Shown here piece by piece: positions 53,676 through 64,000 of a stretch of 64,000 bases of DNA. Location: NCBI GenBank assembly GCA_963704125.1, contig CAVPHA010000021.1:514857-578856 (forward strand), given 5' to 3'. Numbering within the stretch: the stretch's first letter is position 1; each line of letters starts with the position of its first letter. This DNA is from an uncultured Acidobacteriota bacterium. GTDB lineage: Bacteria; Acidobacteriota; Thermoanaerobaculia; Thermoanaerobaculales; Sulfomarinibacteraceae. The position numbers and the translations under genes are program-made. A model generated the notes under the pieces. That model had not been told where the DNA came from. It saw only the letters and a list, made by a program, of their open reading frames with translations, and did no database searches.

Positions 53676-54095
53676 ATGACCAAACCCACCCTCGATCACA
53701 TCGGAATCGCGGTCTCCTCGCTCGCCGAGGGCGCCGAGTTCTATCAGGCCCTGGGCCTCGAGCTCGAAGGGGTCGAGGAAGTGTCCGAACAGGGTGTCAA
53801 GGTCGGCTTCCTGCCGCTGGGCGACACCCGACTCGAACTCCTGGAACCCACCGGGGAGTCGTCTCCCATCGCCAAGCACCTCGAGCGCCGCGGTCCCGGT
53901 CTCCATCACCTCTGCGTCCGTGTCGACGACATCCGCGCGTCCATGGCCGCGCTTTCCGAGCAGGGATACCGGCTCCTCTCCGACGAGCCGCAGCAGGGTG
54001 CGCACGGTTGCCTGGTTTGTTTTGTCCATCCCAAGTCCACGGGGGGTGTGCTGCTCGAGCTTTCTCAGCCGGGAGGGGAGAGCCATGGCGGCTGA
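53676..54095 (+). CDS. mce: methylmalonyl-CoA epimerase (VOC superfamily)
   Basis: 'LDHIGIAV...LELLEP...SPIAKHLERRGPGLHHLC..V'. Confidence 0.8.
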   Translation: MTKPTLDHIGIAVSSLAEGAEFYQALGLELEGVEEVSEQGVKVGFLPLGDTRLELLEPTGESSPIAKHLERRGPGLHHLCVRVDDIRASMAALSEQGYRLLSDEPQQGAHGCLVCFVHPKSTGGVLLELSQPGGESHGG

Positions 54096-54441
54096 CGACC
54101 ACCCGGCCCTGAGCATCGAGGTCGGCTCGTTGGTGGTGCTCCACTGCGCCAACCCGAGGGAGAAACACTGGGGTCTTCTGCTCCAGATCGACGCACTCGG
54201 TGTCGTCGTACGCGGTCTCGACCTCGAGTCGGTCGAGGATTGGCTGACGCAGGAGCGGGCCGGGAGCGCCGCCTTGATCGCACCATCGACGTTTTTCGTG
54301 CCCACCCACCGATTGGTCCGGATCGATCTCGACGAAAGCGGGCCGGTGGTCGCGGGCTATGGCGACCGTTTCCGGCGCGAGTGCGACCGGGACGTCCGGC
54401 TGGCCTTGCTCGGGAAGATCGACCGCGACGAGGCCAACTGA
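54085..54441 (+). CDS. hypothetical protein
   Basis: ATG overlaps the mce end. 118 aa with no recognised motif. Confidence 0.35.
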   Translation: MAADDHPALSIEVGSLVVLHCANPREKHWGLLLQIDALGVVVRGLDLESVEDWLTQERAGSAALIAPSTFFVPTHRLVRIDLDESGPVVAGYGDRFRRECDRDVRLALLGKIDRDEAN

Positions 54442-54442
54442 G

Positions 54443-55322
54443 ATGTCTCGGACGAACTGGTTTCCTCGTGCTCGCGATCTGCGCCGCAGTCGGAGCTGCG
54501 GTCGGGTGGTCGACCCGGCCGGCGGCGGCCCAGTACTCGGGTCAGGTCGATGTCGATGCCGTCGTGGTGCCGGTGACGGTGCGCGACGCCAAGGGTCGGG
54601 TTGTCAGAGGTGTTGCCGAGAGCAAGTTCCACCTCTTGGTCGACGGCTACGCGGTGCCGATCCGCGACCTCCACCTCGAGAGCGATCTGCCGATCAGCCT
54701 CGGCTTCATCCTCGACACCTCGGGTTCCATGGCCGGTCGCAAGCTCGAGGGCAGCCGGAACCTGATCATGGCTTTTCTTGCCGAACGTCGCCAGGAAGAC
54801 CAGCTCGCGTTGTGGACCTTCGGCAACGATCAGGTCGTCGAGCGGTTTCCGTTCGGAATGGGCTGGTACCTGCTGCCGAGAATGCTCGAGACCATCAAAC
54901 CTTGGAGCACCACCGCCCTGTATGACATGGTGCTCCGGGTTCCGGAGGCGATGGAGAAGGCCGATCACCACCGACGAGCGGCGATTCTCCTCACCGATGG
55001 CGTCGACAACGCGTCGCAGATCTCGGCGGCCGAGGCGACCGAAATCGCCAGGGGTCTCGAGACCCCCATCTATGTGCTTGGGGTCGAGCCGCCGCCGGAG
55101 AAGGACGCCGCCGGACCGTCATATGAGGAGATTCTGACCCTCATCGCCGACGGTTCGGGGGGGCTCTATCGCCGGATCCCGCGTGCCGAGGACATGCCCG
55201 AGGTCGCCCGAACCCTGCTCGACGAGCTCTCCTCGCGCTACATTCTCACCTTCACCACATCGGGTGTCGGCCAGCGCAAGTGGCGATCCCTTGAGGTCAG
55301 GATCGATGGACACCAGGCGTGA
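54443..55322 (+). CDS. vWA-domain protein (TIGR03436-like 'VWFA-related acidobacterial domain'), frameshift near 54460
   Basis: N-terminal TM/signal, '...VVPVTVRDAKGR...', MIDAS 'DTSGSM', 'LLTDGVDNAS' and 'IYVLG'. Confidence 0.7.
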
Positions 55323-55351
55323 CAAGGACCGGCTATGTCGGGACGTTGCCG

Positions 55352-55486
55352 TGAAGAGTGAGGGTGAAGAGTGAAGAGTGAAGAGTGAAGAGTGAAGAGT
55401 TAAGGGTGAGCTTAGGGTGACGGGTGAGACACACTCTCTGCCTAACTCCTAACTCCTAACTCTCTAACCCTTCACTCTTTACTCGT
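55352..55486. repeat. long imperfect palindrome built from tandem heptamers
   Basis: Left arm '(gtgaaga/gtgaggg)n ...ttaagggtgagcttagggtgacgggtgag'. Turn 'acacac'. Right arm 'tctctgcctaactcctaactcctaactctctaacccttcactctttactc'. Confidence 0.85.
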
Positions 55487-55594
55487 TGGCCCCCGAGATC
55501 ACATTCTCCCGGCCGGACATGTACTACAATGATCGTGTTGGACTTGCGACCGAATCATTGAAGAATCCGAAAACAGAGCCCCTTGGAGGTGAAG

Positions 55595-56140
55595 ATGCGC
55601 AGAGTGTTCCTGTTGATGGCCGCTTGCTGTGTGCTCGCGAGCCCCGCCCTGGCGGGTGGTGGAGTCGATGTTTACGGCGTTTATGGCGACGTGGTTGACG
55701 GCGAATGGGAGTTCGGTCTCGGTCTCCGTCTCAGTCTCGGCGGGACCCACTGGATGGTCGACGCCGCCGCTACGGGGTTTCTCGAGGCGGAAGGCGTCGA
55801 GGTCATCCCCGAGGTTTCTCCCTCCGACGAGTCCGTGAAGTACCGTTCATTCGACCTCGGCCTGCGTTACATCTTCTATGACGGCCACAAGCTGCGCCCC
55901 TACCTCGGTGCGGGCCTCAGTTACGCCCAGATCAACGCTGTCAACGTCAATCTCAGCGGTGGCGTTGGTTTCTACGGACTCGCCGGTCTTCGCTACGGCA
56001 AGCCGACGGGGATCAACTTCATGGCCGAGCTCATCTATCGCTGGGCCGAGGTCCAGGCGAAGTACAACCTCATCGACGAGCAAGACGTGACCGTTGGCGG
56101 GCTCGGGCTCCAGATCGGTATTTCGTTCGTCTTTCGCTGA
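55595..56140 (+). CDS. small outer-membrane beta-barrel protein
   Basis: SD 'ggaggtgaag'. Signal peptide 'MRRVFLLMAACCVLASPALA'. Alternating beta-strand pattern. C-terminal 'GISFVFR'. Confidence 0.55.
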   Translation: MRRVFLLMAACCVLASPALAGGGVDVYGVYGDVVDGEWEFGLGLRLSLGGTHWMVDAAATGFLEAEGVEVIPEVSPSDESVKYRSFDLGLRYIFYDGHKLRPYLGAGLSYAQINAVNVNLSGGVGFYGLAGLRYGKPTGINFMAELIYRWAEVQAKYNLIDEQDVTVGGLGLQIGISFVFR

Positions 56141-56344
56141 GCCGCGAAAACCGACAATCTGAGCCGCTCTCGGATTTGACCCGCCGCGCCTGTGGTGTGT
56201 CTCGGCGTCGCTGCCTGCGACCGCCCCGGAAGAGCCGGCGTTGCGGCCGATTGCGCGAACCCCCGTGTTTACCGACAGGCTTTGCATCGAGCAAGGCCTG
56301 TTTGTGAGAAGGGGTAGAATCTCGCGGCAGATGAAGGAGTCCCG

Positions 56345-58513
<2,169 letters not shown>

Positions 58514-58560
58514 GGGGGCCGAGCGCCGCCCGGTGAACCGCGAGGGGCAAGGACTCAAGG

Positions 58561-58630
58561 ACATCACACCATCGCAGCGTCGCAAACGCGAAGGCGCAAA
58601 GACGCAAAGCGGTCGCGAAGGCATCGCGGT
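58561..58630. repeat. 8-mer tandem repeats of the 'ATCACACC / GTCGCAAA / CGCAAAGA' family
   Basis: 'acatcacaccatcgcagcgtcgcaaacgcgaaggcgcaaagacgcaaagcggtcgcgaaggcatcgcgg'. Related strings occur at 37844.., 42227.. and 47403... Confidence 0.75.
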
Positions 58631-58815
58631 TGAGAGTGGGCGAGGTGCAGATTGATGGTGCTGGGAGTGGTTTGGCGGCCAGGTTCTCAGGACTGTAGGC
58701 GGGGCCTTCAGGCCCCGCGACCCTCCCGCTGACGTTCGGTGTGGCGATTCGGCGGCTCTTCGCTTCGAGGGTCGTGACGATGTTCGGGTCGGCGGGGCGG
58801 TTGACGGCGTGGGTT

Positions 58816-58890
58816 GCGGATTCGGCCTCGGCCTCGGTCACGGCTACGGACGCGGACTTCGGTCTCGGCCTCGGTTACGGTTTCGGTTCT
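58816..58890. repeat. (NNNCGG)n tract 5' of R4
   Basis: 'gcggattcggcctcggcctcggtcacggctacggacgcggacttcggtctcggcctcggttacggtttcggtt'. Confidence 0.9.
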
Positions 58891-58903
58891 TGATTCTCTC
58901 GTC

Positions 58904-59178
58904 TCCGGCCTTCTGGGGCGCTTGGACGCCCTGGCGTCCAAGCGCCCCAGCGTCGCACCATCGGCGTGGTCGTGCATGGGTGGATTGGAGGGCGGCGACC
59001 ACGCCGATGGCGCGCCGGCGGCCTACCTCTGCGCCGGAACAGAAGACCGCATCGCGCTTCCCGGGGAGTGCCCGGCACGCAATTGTGCGCGGCGTGCCGC
59101 GGTGCCGGATGGTTGATGGGGCACAATTACGTGCACGTCCCAATGAACGCGGATTCCGCGTGCCCTGGTCGGCATCGG
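58904..59178. repeat. R element copy 4
   Basis: First hairpin 'tggggcgcttggacgc/gcgtccaagcgcccca'. Helix A 'accatcggcgtggtcg/cgaccacgccgatgg'. Helix B 59075..59088/59121..59134. Positions 58946..59178 are duplicated at 59799..60139. Confidence 0.9.
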
Positions 59179-59798
59179 TCCGGAAATGGAGGCGGAGTGA
59201 TCCCAACTGGGAATTGAGGAATCGAGAAGTCAGCCGACAACCCACGGATTTCGTTGGATCGAAGACGTGACCCTCCTGATGACTCAGGAGATACCTGTGC
59301 ATTTCCGGTATGGGTTGTAGGGGAGGGTTTACACCCTCCCGATGCGATCCTAACCATGGAGAAGCCGCCAGGTCATGGCGCGGACGTCGTCGAAGAGCTG
59401 GAGCGAGGTATCGGTACGCGGAGCGTCGATTGCACCTGCGCCGACGAGGAGTCGCAGGTGGGTGTCGACCTCCTTGGCCGAACCGTAGGCGATGCGGCAA
59501 TGGTGAATGCGGTCTCTTCCTGACCGTCCAGCACCTTCGGCGATATTGGCAGGAACCGATGAGGCGGAGCGAATCACCTGATCTGCAATGGGTTTGAGTG
59601 GTGCTGGAACCCGCATGACGAGGGAGATCGCGATGCCGGCTGCGGTGGTCGCTTTCTCAAGGGCGTCGAATCGGGTCAGTTGCTGTTCGTCGTGCATGGT
59701 CACCTCCGGGTTGTTCATGCACTCCCAACCAGCCGCTGAGATGACCCATGTCAAGGGTCGCCTCCGAGGCGATTCGTCATGCCCTTGACATGGGTCAT
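59179..59798 (-). mobile_element. candidate four-helix-bundle gene cassette, copy 3 (mobility is hypothetical)
   Basis: Lies exactly between the duplicated R segments. Shares 'attgaggaatcgaga...', hairpin 'tctcctga..tcaggaga', hairpin 'gggagggtttacaccctccc', the gene and the upstream palindrome with copy 1. Confidence 0.35.
59350..59718 (-). CDS. four-helix-bundle protein (TIGR02436 / 23S-IVS protein family, Avd-like), copy 3
   Basis: 'MNNPEVTMHDEQQ...QVIRSASSVPANIAEGAGRSGRDRIHHCRIAYGSAKEVDTHLRLL...AMTWRLLHG'. SD 'gggag'. Very similar by eye to copy 1. Confidence 0.85.
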   Translation of the reverse strand: MNNPEVTMHDEQQLTRFDALEKATTAAGIAISLVMRVPAPLKPIADQVIRSASSVPANIAEGAGRSGRDRIHHCRIAYGSAKEVDTHLRLLVGAGAIDAPRTDTSLQLFDDVRAMTWRLLHG

Positions 59799-59799
59799 C
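59740..59799. promoter_or_regulatory. palindrome upstream of 4HB copy 3
   Basis: 'gatgacccatgtcaaggg-tcgcctccgaggcga-ttcgtcatg-cccttgacatgggtcatc': 18-bp perfect arms. TTGACA lies in the gene-proximal arm. Confidence 0.6.
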
Positions 59800-60139
59800 C
59801 CAGCGTCGCACCATCGGCGTGGTCGTGCATGGGTGGTTGCTAGTGCGCCTTGCGCACCGCGACCCACCCTCGCCTGGCTGCGGTCAGAGCCGTCCTCGCT
59901 TCGCGACGACGGCCTGACTCGCTCGCCAGCCGAGCGCGGGTTGGAAGGGCGGCGACCACGCCGATGGCGCGCCGGCGGCCTACCTCTGCGCCGGGAACAG
60001 AAGACCGCATCGCGCTTCCCGTGGAGTGCCCGGCAACGCAATTGTGCGCAGCGCGCAGCGGTGCCGGATGGCTGATGAGGCACAATTACGTGCCCACGTC
60101 CCAATGAACGCGGATTCCGCGTGCCCTGGTCGGGATCGG
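59799..60139. repeat. R element copy 5 (lacks the first hairpin; carries a ~104-bp insertion in the helix-A loop, 59837..59940)
   Basis: Aligns with 58946..59178 with about 9 substitutions and 4 small indels by eye, plus the insertion. Confidence 0.9.
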
Positions 60140-60218
60140 GCACGGATTCGGAGGAGGCGACGGCCACGGCCACGGATACGGAAACGGTCGCGGATTCGGA
60201 TACGGAAACGGCCCCGGT
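60140..60218. repeat. (NNNCGG)n tract 3' of R5
   Basis: 'cacggattcggaggaggcgacggccacggccacggatacggaaacggtcgcggattcggatacggaaacggccccgg'. Confidence 0.9.
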
Positions 60219-60241
60219 ATGATATCCCCCGGGATGGATAC

Positions 60242-60717
60242 ATGAACGACGAAGCCCTCACCAAACTCTTTACCCGGATTCACGATCAGCTCGCCGAGCT
60301 CATTGCCAAGACCGATGACCCCGGTGGCCCACCGGGCGACGGCGGTCGCGTTGCTCCACCACAAGGTGCCCGGGGTCTCATGGACCGGTTTCTACATGCT
60401 CCGGGGCGATGATCTCGTGGTCGAGGCCTATCAGGGGCCGGTCGCGTGTCTCGTGCTCGAGCGTCACGTCGGCGTGTGCTGGGCGGGGGTCGATCGCAAC
60501 GAGACCCTCGTGGTGGACGATGTCGAGGCCTTCCCCGGCCACATCGCCTGCGAGATCGCGGAGTCGCTCCGAAGTCGTGGTACCGATGCGTGAGGCCGGT
60601 GGCGGGATCGTGGGCGTGCTCGACGTCGACTCGCATCATGCGAACCACTTCAGCGAGACCCACCGCAGCGGCTACGAGACCATCGTCCGCCTCCTCGAAG
60701 AGCGCTGGCGGGGCTGA
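60242..60717 (+). CDS. GAF-domain protein, free methionine-(R)-sulfoxide reductase-like (frameshifts near 60310 and 60575)
   Basis: '[32 protein letters not shown]...[13 protein letters not shown]' then 'EVVVPM...IVGVLDVDS'. Fragments lie in ORFs 60026.., 60303.. and 60409... Confidence 0.7.
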
Positions 60718-60836
60718 GATTCAGCTCCCCCCGCGGATCTCGGAGCCGGTCCCGGTTTTGGCTTGGCAAAGCCCTTTGCGAAGGGTACGATGCCGACGCT
60801 GTGCGGGAATTCACAAAGTCCCGCCTGGAGGCTCTC

Positions 60837-61817
60837 ATGGCAGGCAATCTCCGCGGTCGTCATTTCCTCAAGCTGCTTGATTTCACCTCGGCCGAACTGG
60901 CCGATCTGCTCGAGCTCGCGGCCACCCTCAAGGCCAACAAGCGTGCCGGTGTGCGCGGCAAGACCCTCGAGGGCAAGAGCATCGCGCTGATCTTCGAAAA
61001 ACCCTCGACCCGCACCCGGTGCGCGTTCACGGTCGCCTGCATCGACGAAGGCGCCCACCCCGAGTACCTGGGCAAGGGCGATATCCAACTCGGCAAGAAG
61101 GAGACCGTGGCCGACACGGCGCGGGTCCTCGGCCGGATGTTCGACGGCATCGAGTTCCGCGGTTTTTCCCACGCGACGGTGGAGACCCTGGCCGAGTTCG
61201 CCGGCGTACCGGTGTGGAACGGGCTCACCGACACCTGGCACCCGACGCAGATCCTCGCCGATCTGCTCACCGTCAAGGAGGATTTCGGTCGTCTCGAGGG
61301 TCTGGCGCTCGCCTATGTCGGCGACGGACGCAACAACATGGCCAACTCGCTCATGGTGGGATGCGCGAAGTTCGGGATGGATGTCCGGATCGTGGCGCCC
61401 GAGTCGCTTCACCCGGAGGTCACCCTGGTCAATACGGTGGCTGAGATCTGCCGTGGGACGGGTGGCTCGGTCACCGTTACCGCCGATGTGAACGCCGGCG
61501 TCGCCGGCGCCCACGCCGTTTATGCCGACGTCTGGGCCTCCATGGGCGAGGAAGCACTCATCGCCGAGCGCGCCGCATTGCTCAAGCCGTACAAGATCAC
61601 CCCCGGTCTGATGGCGGCAACCGGGCGCCGGGAGACGATCTTCCTGCATTGCCTGCCCGCGTTCCACAATCTCGAAACCGAGGTTGCCCGGCAGTTCCCC
61701 GAAATCTGCGAGGTCTCGGACGAGGTCTTCGAGGGACCGCAGTCGCGGGTCTTCGACGAGGCGGAGAACCGTCTCCATACCATCAAGGCCGTGATGGTCG
61801 CGACTCTCGGTCGCTGA
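60837..61817 (+). CDS. argF: ornithine carbamoyltransferase
   Basis: 'FEKPSTRTR', 'HPTQILADL', '[10 protein letters not shown]' and 'FLHCLPA'. Confidence 0.9.
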   Translation: MAGNLRGRHFLKLLDFTSAELADLLELAATLKANKRAGVRGKTLEGKSIALIFEKPSTRTRCAFTVACIDEGAHPEYLGKGDIQLGKKETVADTARVLGRMFDGIEFRGFSHATVETLAEFAGVPVWNGLTDTWHPTQILADLLTVKEDFGRLEGLALAYVGDGRNNMANSLMVGCAKFGMDVRIVAPESLHPEVTLVNTVAEICRGTGGSVTVTADVNAGVAGAHAVYADVWASMGEEALIAERAALLKPYKITPGLMAATGRRETIFLHCLPAFHNLETEVARQFPEICEVSDEVFEGPQSRVFDEAENRLHTIKAVMVATLGR

Positions 61818-61835
61818 TCCTCGCGAGGTCAACAA

Positions 61836-63183
61836 ATGAGACGAATTCTGATCCTCGGTGCAGGTCGGTCAGCCCCCTATCTCATCCAGCGTCTGCTCGA
61901 AGACGCGGCTGTCCACGGCTGGCAGGTGACGGTTGCCGATCGCGAGCTCGAGCTTGCCCAGGACGCGTGTCGCCGGCCACCCCAACGGCCGCGCAATCGC
62001 CCTCGATGCCTCGGACGAGCAGCAGATGGCGGGTTGGATCGGCACCGCGGACGTGGTCGCCAACGTGCTTGCCCCGGTTTTTCAAGGACGGGTGGCGCGG
62101 CTCTGCGTCGAGGCCGGGGTCCACATGGTCTCGGTTTCCTATCTCCAGAACGAGGTGAGGAATCTGGATTCGTGGGCGCGCGAGCGGGGCGTCCTTTTGC
62201 TCGCCGAGATGGGGCTCGACCCCGGGATCGACCACATGATGGCCGCCGAAGCGGTGCGGGCCACGGTCGAGGCGGGTGGAGTCGTGCGCGCATTCCGGTC
62301 GTTCGGCAGCGGGGTACCGGCGCCCGATTCGCTGTCCAACCCTCTGCAGTATCTGGTGACGTGGAACCCGTGGAACGTCGCCACATCGGGCGGGGCGGGC
62401 GCCCAGTACCTGCTCGACGGTCGGATTCGGGTAGTCCCCCACAACCGGCTCTTCCAACACACCTGGCCGGTGGATGTGGATGGAGTCGGTCGCCTCGAGG
62501 CCTATCCCAACCGAGACTCACTGTCCTATCTCGAGCACTTCGGACTCAACGGAGTCCACACGATGATCCGCGGCACTCTTCGCCATCCGGGTTTCTGCGA
62601 GACCTGGGCGAAGGTGGTGGCCCTGGGTCTGACCAATGATTCGATCCACATCCCCAACCTCGGCGAGCGGTCGCCGCGCGAGGTGGTGGAGATGATGTTG
62701 CCGATCCCGGTGCCGTTCGATAGGGTGGAGGCGGCGGCGACCCTGTTTCTCGAGCTCAACCCCACCGGCCGGCTGATGGAGAACCTCCGGTTCCTCGGTC
62801 TCTTCGACACCGAGCCCACCGGGTGTGCCGGCGACACCGCTGCAGCCATGTTGTCGCACCTCCTCGAGACCCGGTTGGCGCCGCTGCCCAAGTCGCGCGA
62901 CATGGTGATCATCGTCCACGAGATGGAGGTCGAGTACCCGGGGAGCGACCGGGCATCGGAACGGCAGACCTTCACCATGGTCGAGTACGGCGAGCCGGTG
63001 CGGATGTCGGCCATGGCCAAGACGGTCGGGCTGCCGGCTGCCATCGCGGTGGAGATGTTGTTGACGGGTGAGCTCGAACTGCGCGGCTGTCTGTTGCCGA
63101 GCCACCCGGAAATCTGCGATTCGATCCTCGCGCGACTGCGTGCCGAGGGTCTCGAGTTCATGGAGAGAATCGAGCCGCTGTGA
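61836..63183 (+). CDS. saccharopine dehydrogenase-family oxidoreductase (frameshift near 61960)
   Basis: N-terminal 'ILILGAGRSA' Rossmann fold. 'GLDPGIDHMMA'. The C-terminal Sacchrp_dh_C-like part is in ORF 61933..63183. Confidence 0.75.
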
Positions 63184-63217
63184 GATCGGCGGCACCGACC
63201 GTGAAAGGGGATTCAGT

Positions 63218-64000
63218 ATGAAGAAAGTCGTCGTTTTCGGGGCCGGCCTGGTGGTTCGCGCCCACGTCCGCTACCTGCTCGATCATGGTTTTGCCGTCAC
63301 CGTCGCGAGCCGGACGGTTTCCAAGGCCGAGGAGATCATCGACGGTCACCCGAACGGGACCCCAATGGCCTTCGACATTACCACCGAACCCGACAAGCTC
63401 GCAGCCATTATCGCCGAGCACGACCTGGCCGTGAGCCTGCTGCCGTGGCAGTACCACCCGCAGGTGGCCAGGGCCTGTCTGGACGAGGGCAAGCACATGG
63501 TCACCACGTCCTACGTCAAGGACGACATGATGGCCCTCGACAACGAGGCGAAGGAAAAGGGCATCATCCTCCTCAACGAGTTGGGAGTCGACCCGGGCAT
63601 CGACCACATGACCGCCATGAAGGTCATCGACCGTGTCCGCGCCGAGGGCGGTAAGATCACCACCTTCCAGTCCTACTGCGGCGGTCTGCCGGCGCCCGAA
63701 GCCAACGACAATCCATACGGCTACAAGTTCTCGTGGAGCCCGCGCGGCGTTCTTCTCGCAGGGTCTCAACAACGCCCGCTACAAGCGCTACGGGGATATC
63801 GTCGAGGTGCCCGGCAAAGAGCTCTTCGACCATGTCTGGAAGGTGAACGTGGAACTCGAAGGCGTTCCCACCGAGCTCGAGGGCTACCCGAACCGCGATT
63901 CCATGCCCTACGAGGAGGTCTATGGCATCCACCCGCGTGATGTCATGTTCCGCGGCACGCTGCGCAACCCGGGCTGGTGCGCCTCCATGAAACAGGTCGC
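63218..64000 (+). CDS. saccharopine dehydrogenase-family oxidoreductase, paralog 2 (frameshift near 63760; 3' end outside the window)
   Basis: 'VVVFGAGLVV', 'GVDPGIDHMTA' and 'YKFSWSPRGVLLAG'. Continues in another frame as '...YPNRDSMPYEEVYG...FRGTLRNPGW'. Confidence 0.75.

Noticed and set aside
55352-55486. CRISPR array (regularly spaced short repeats here and in the hexamer/12-mer tracts at 18531..18740, 58816..58890 and 60140..60218).
   Set aside because: The units are 6-12 nt and directly abutting, with no unique spacers of 25-40 nt. There are no cas genes and no leader. These are micro- or minisatellite-like arrays and palindromes.

Overview
About 64 kb of high-GC bacterial chromosome (roughly two-thirds G+C by eye). 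The gene content fits a diderm, probably Acidobacteriota-like organism: a TonB-dependent receptor with a CarboxypepD_reg domain, an Mla/MCE lipid-transport operon, a TIGR03436-like vWA protein and outer-membrane beta-barrels. Most genes are housekeeping: mlaEFD; a pantothenate/CoA operon (panG-like, panB, panC, coaBC, panD); ribD-ribE; ftsY; polX; a GH57/galT-like glycogen cluster; a SWIM-SNF2 helicase; an SLC12-type transporter; hsp20; sodB; arsC; argS; argF; two saccharopine-dehydrogenase paralogs; and one tRNA-Ala(CGC). I found no rRNA, CRISPR array, transposase, integrase or reverse transcriptase. About half of the longer genes can only be rebuilt by joining ORF fragments across +/-1 frameshifts. 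I read this as assembly indel error rather than decay, so many CDS coordinates below are merged fragments. The unusual content is non-genic. (1) There are three copies of a small Avd-like / 23S-IVS-type four-helix-bundle (4HB) gene. Each has a conserved palindrome upstream and is bracketed by long direct repeats. (2) A ~240-270 nt hairpin-rich repeat, here called R, occurs five times within 20 kb. Its two long helices keep pairing through compensatory base changes between copies. (3) (CGGNNN)n and 12-mer periodic tracts flank these elements. (4) Several intergenic palindromes have arms built from tandem 7-mers or 8-mers, some strongly AT-rich in this GC-rich background. arsC carries an in-frame TGA exactly at its catalytic cysteine codon, making it a candidate selenoprotein. 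All homology calls come from motif recognition by eye; no database search was run.
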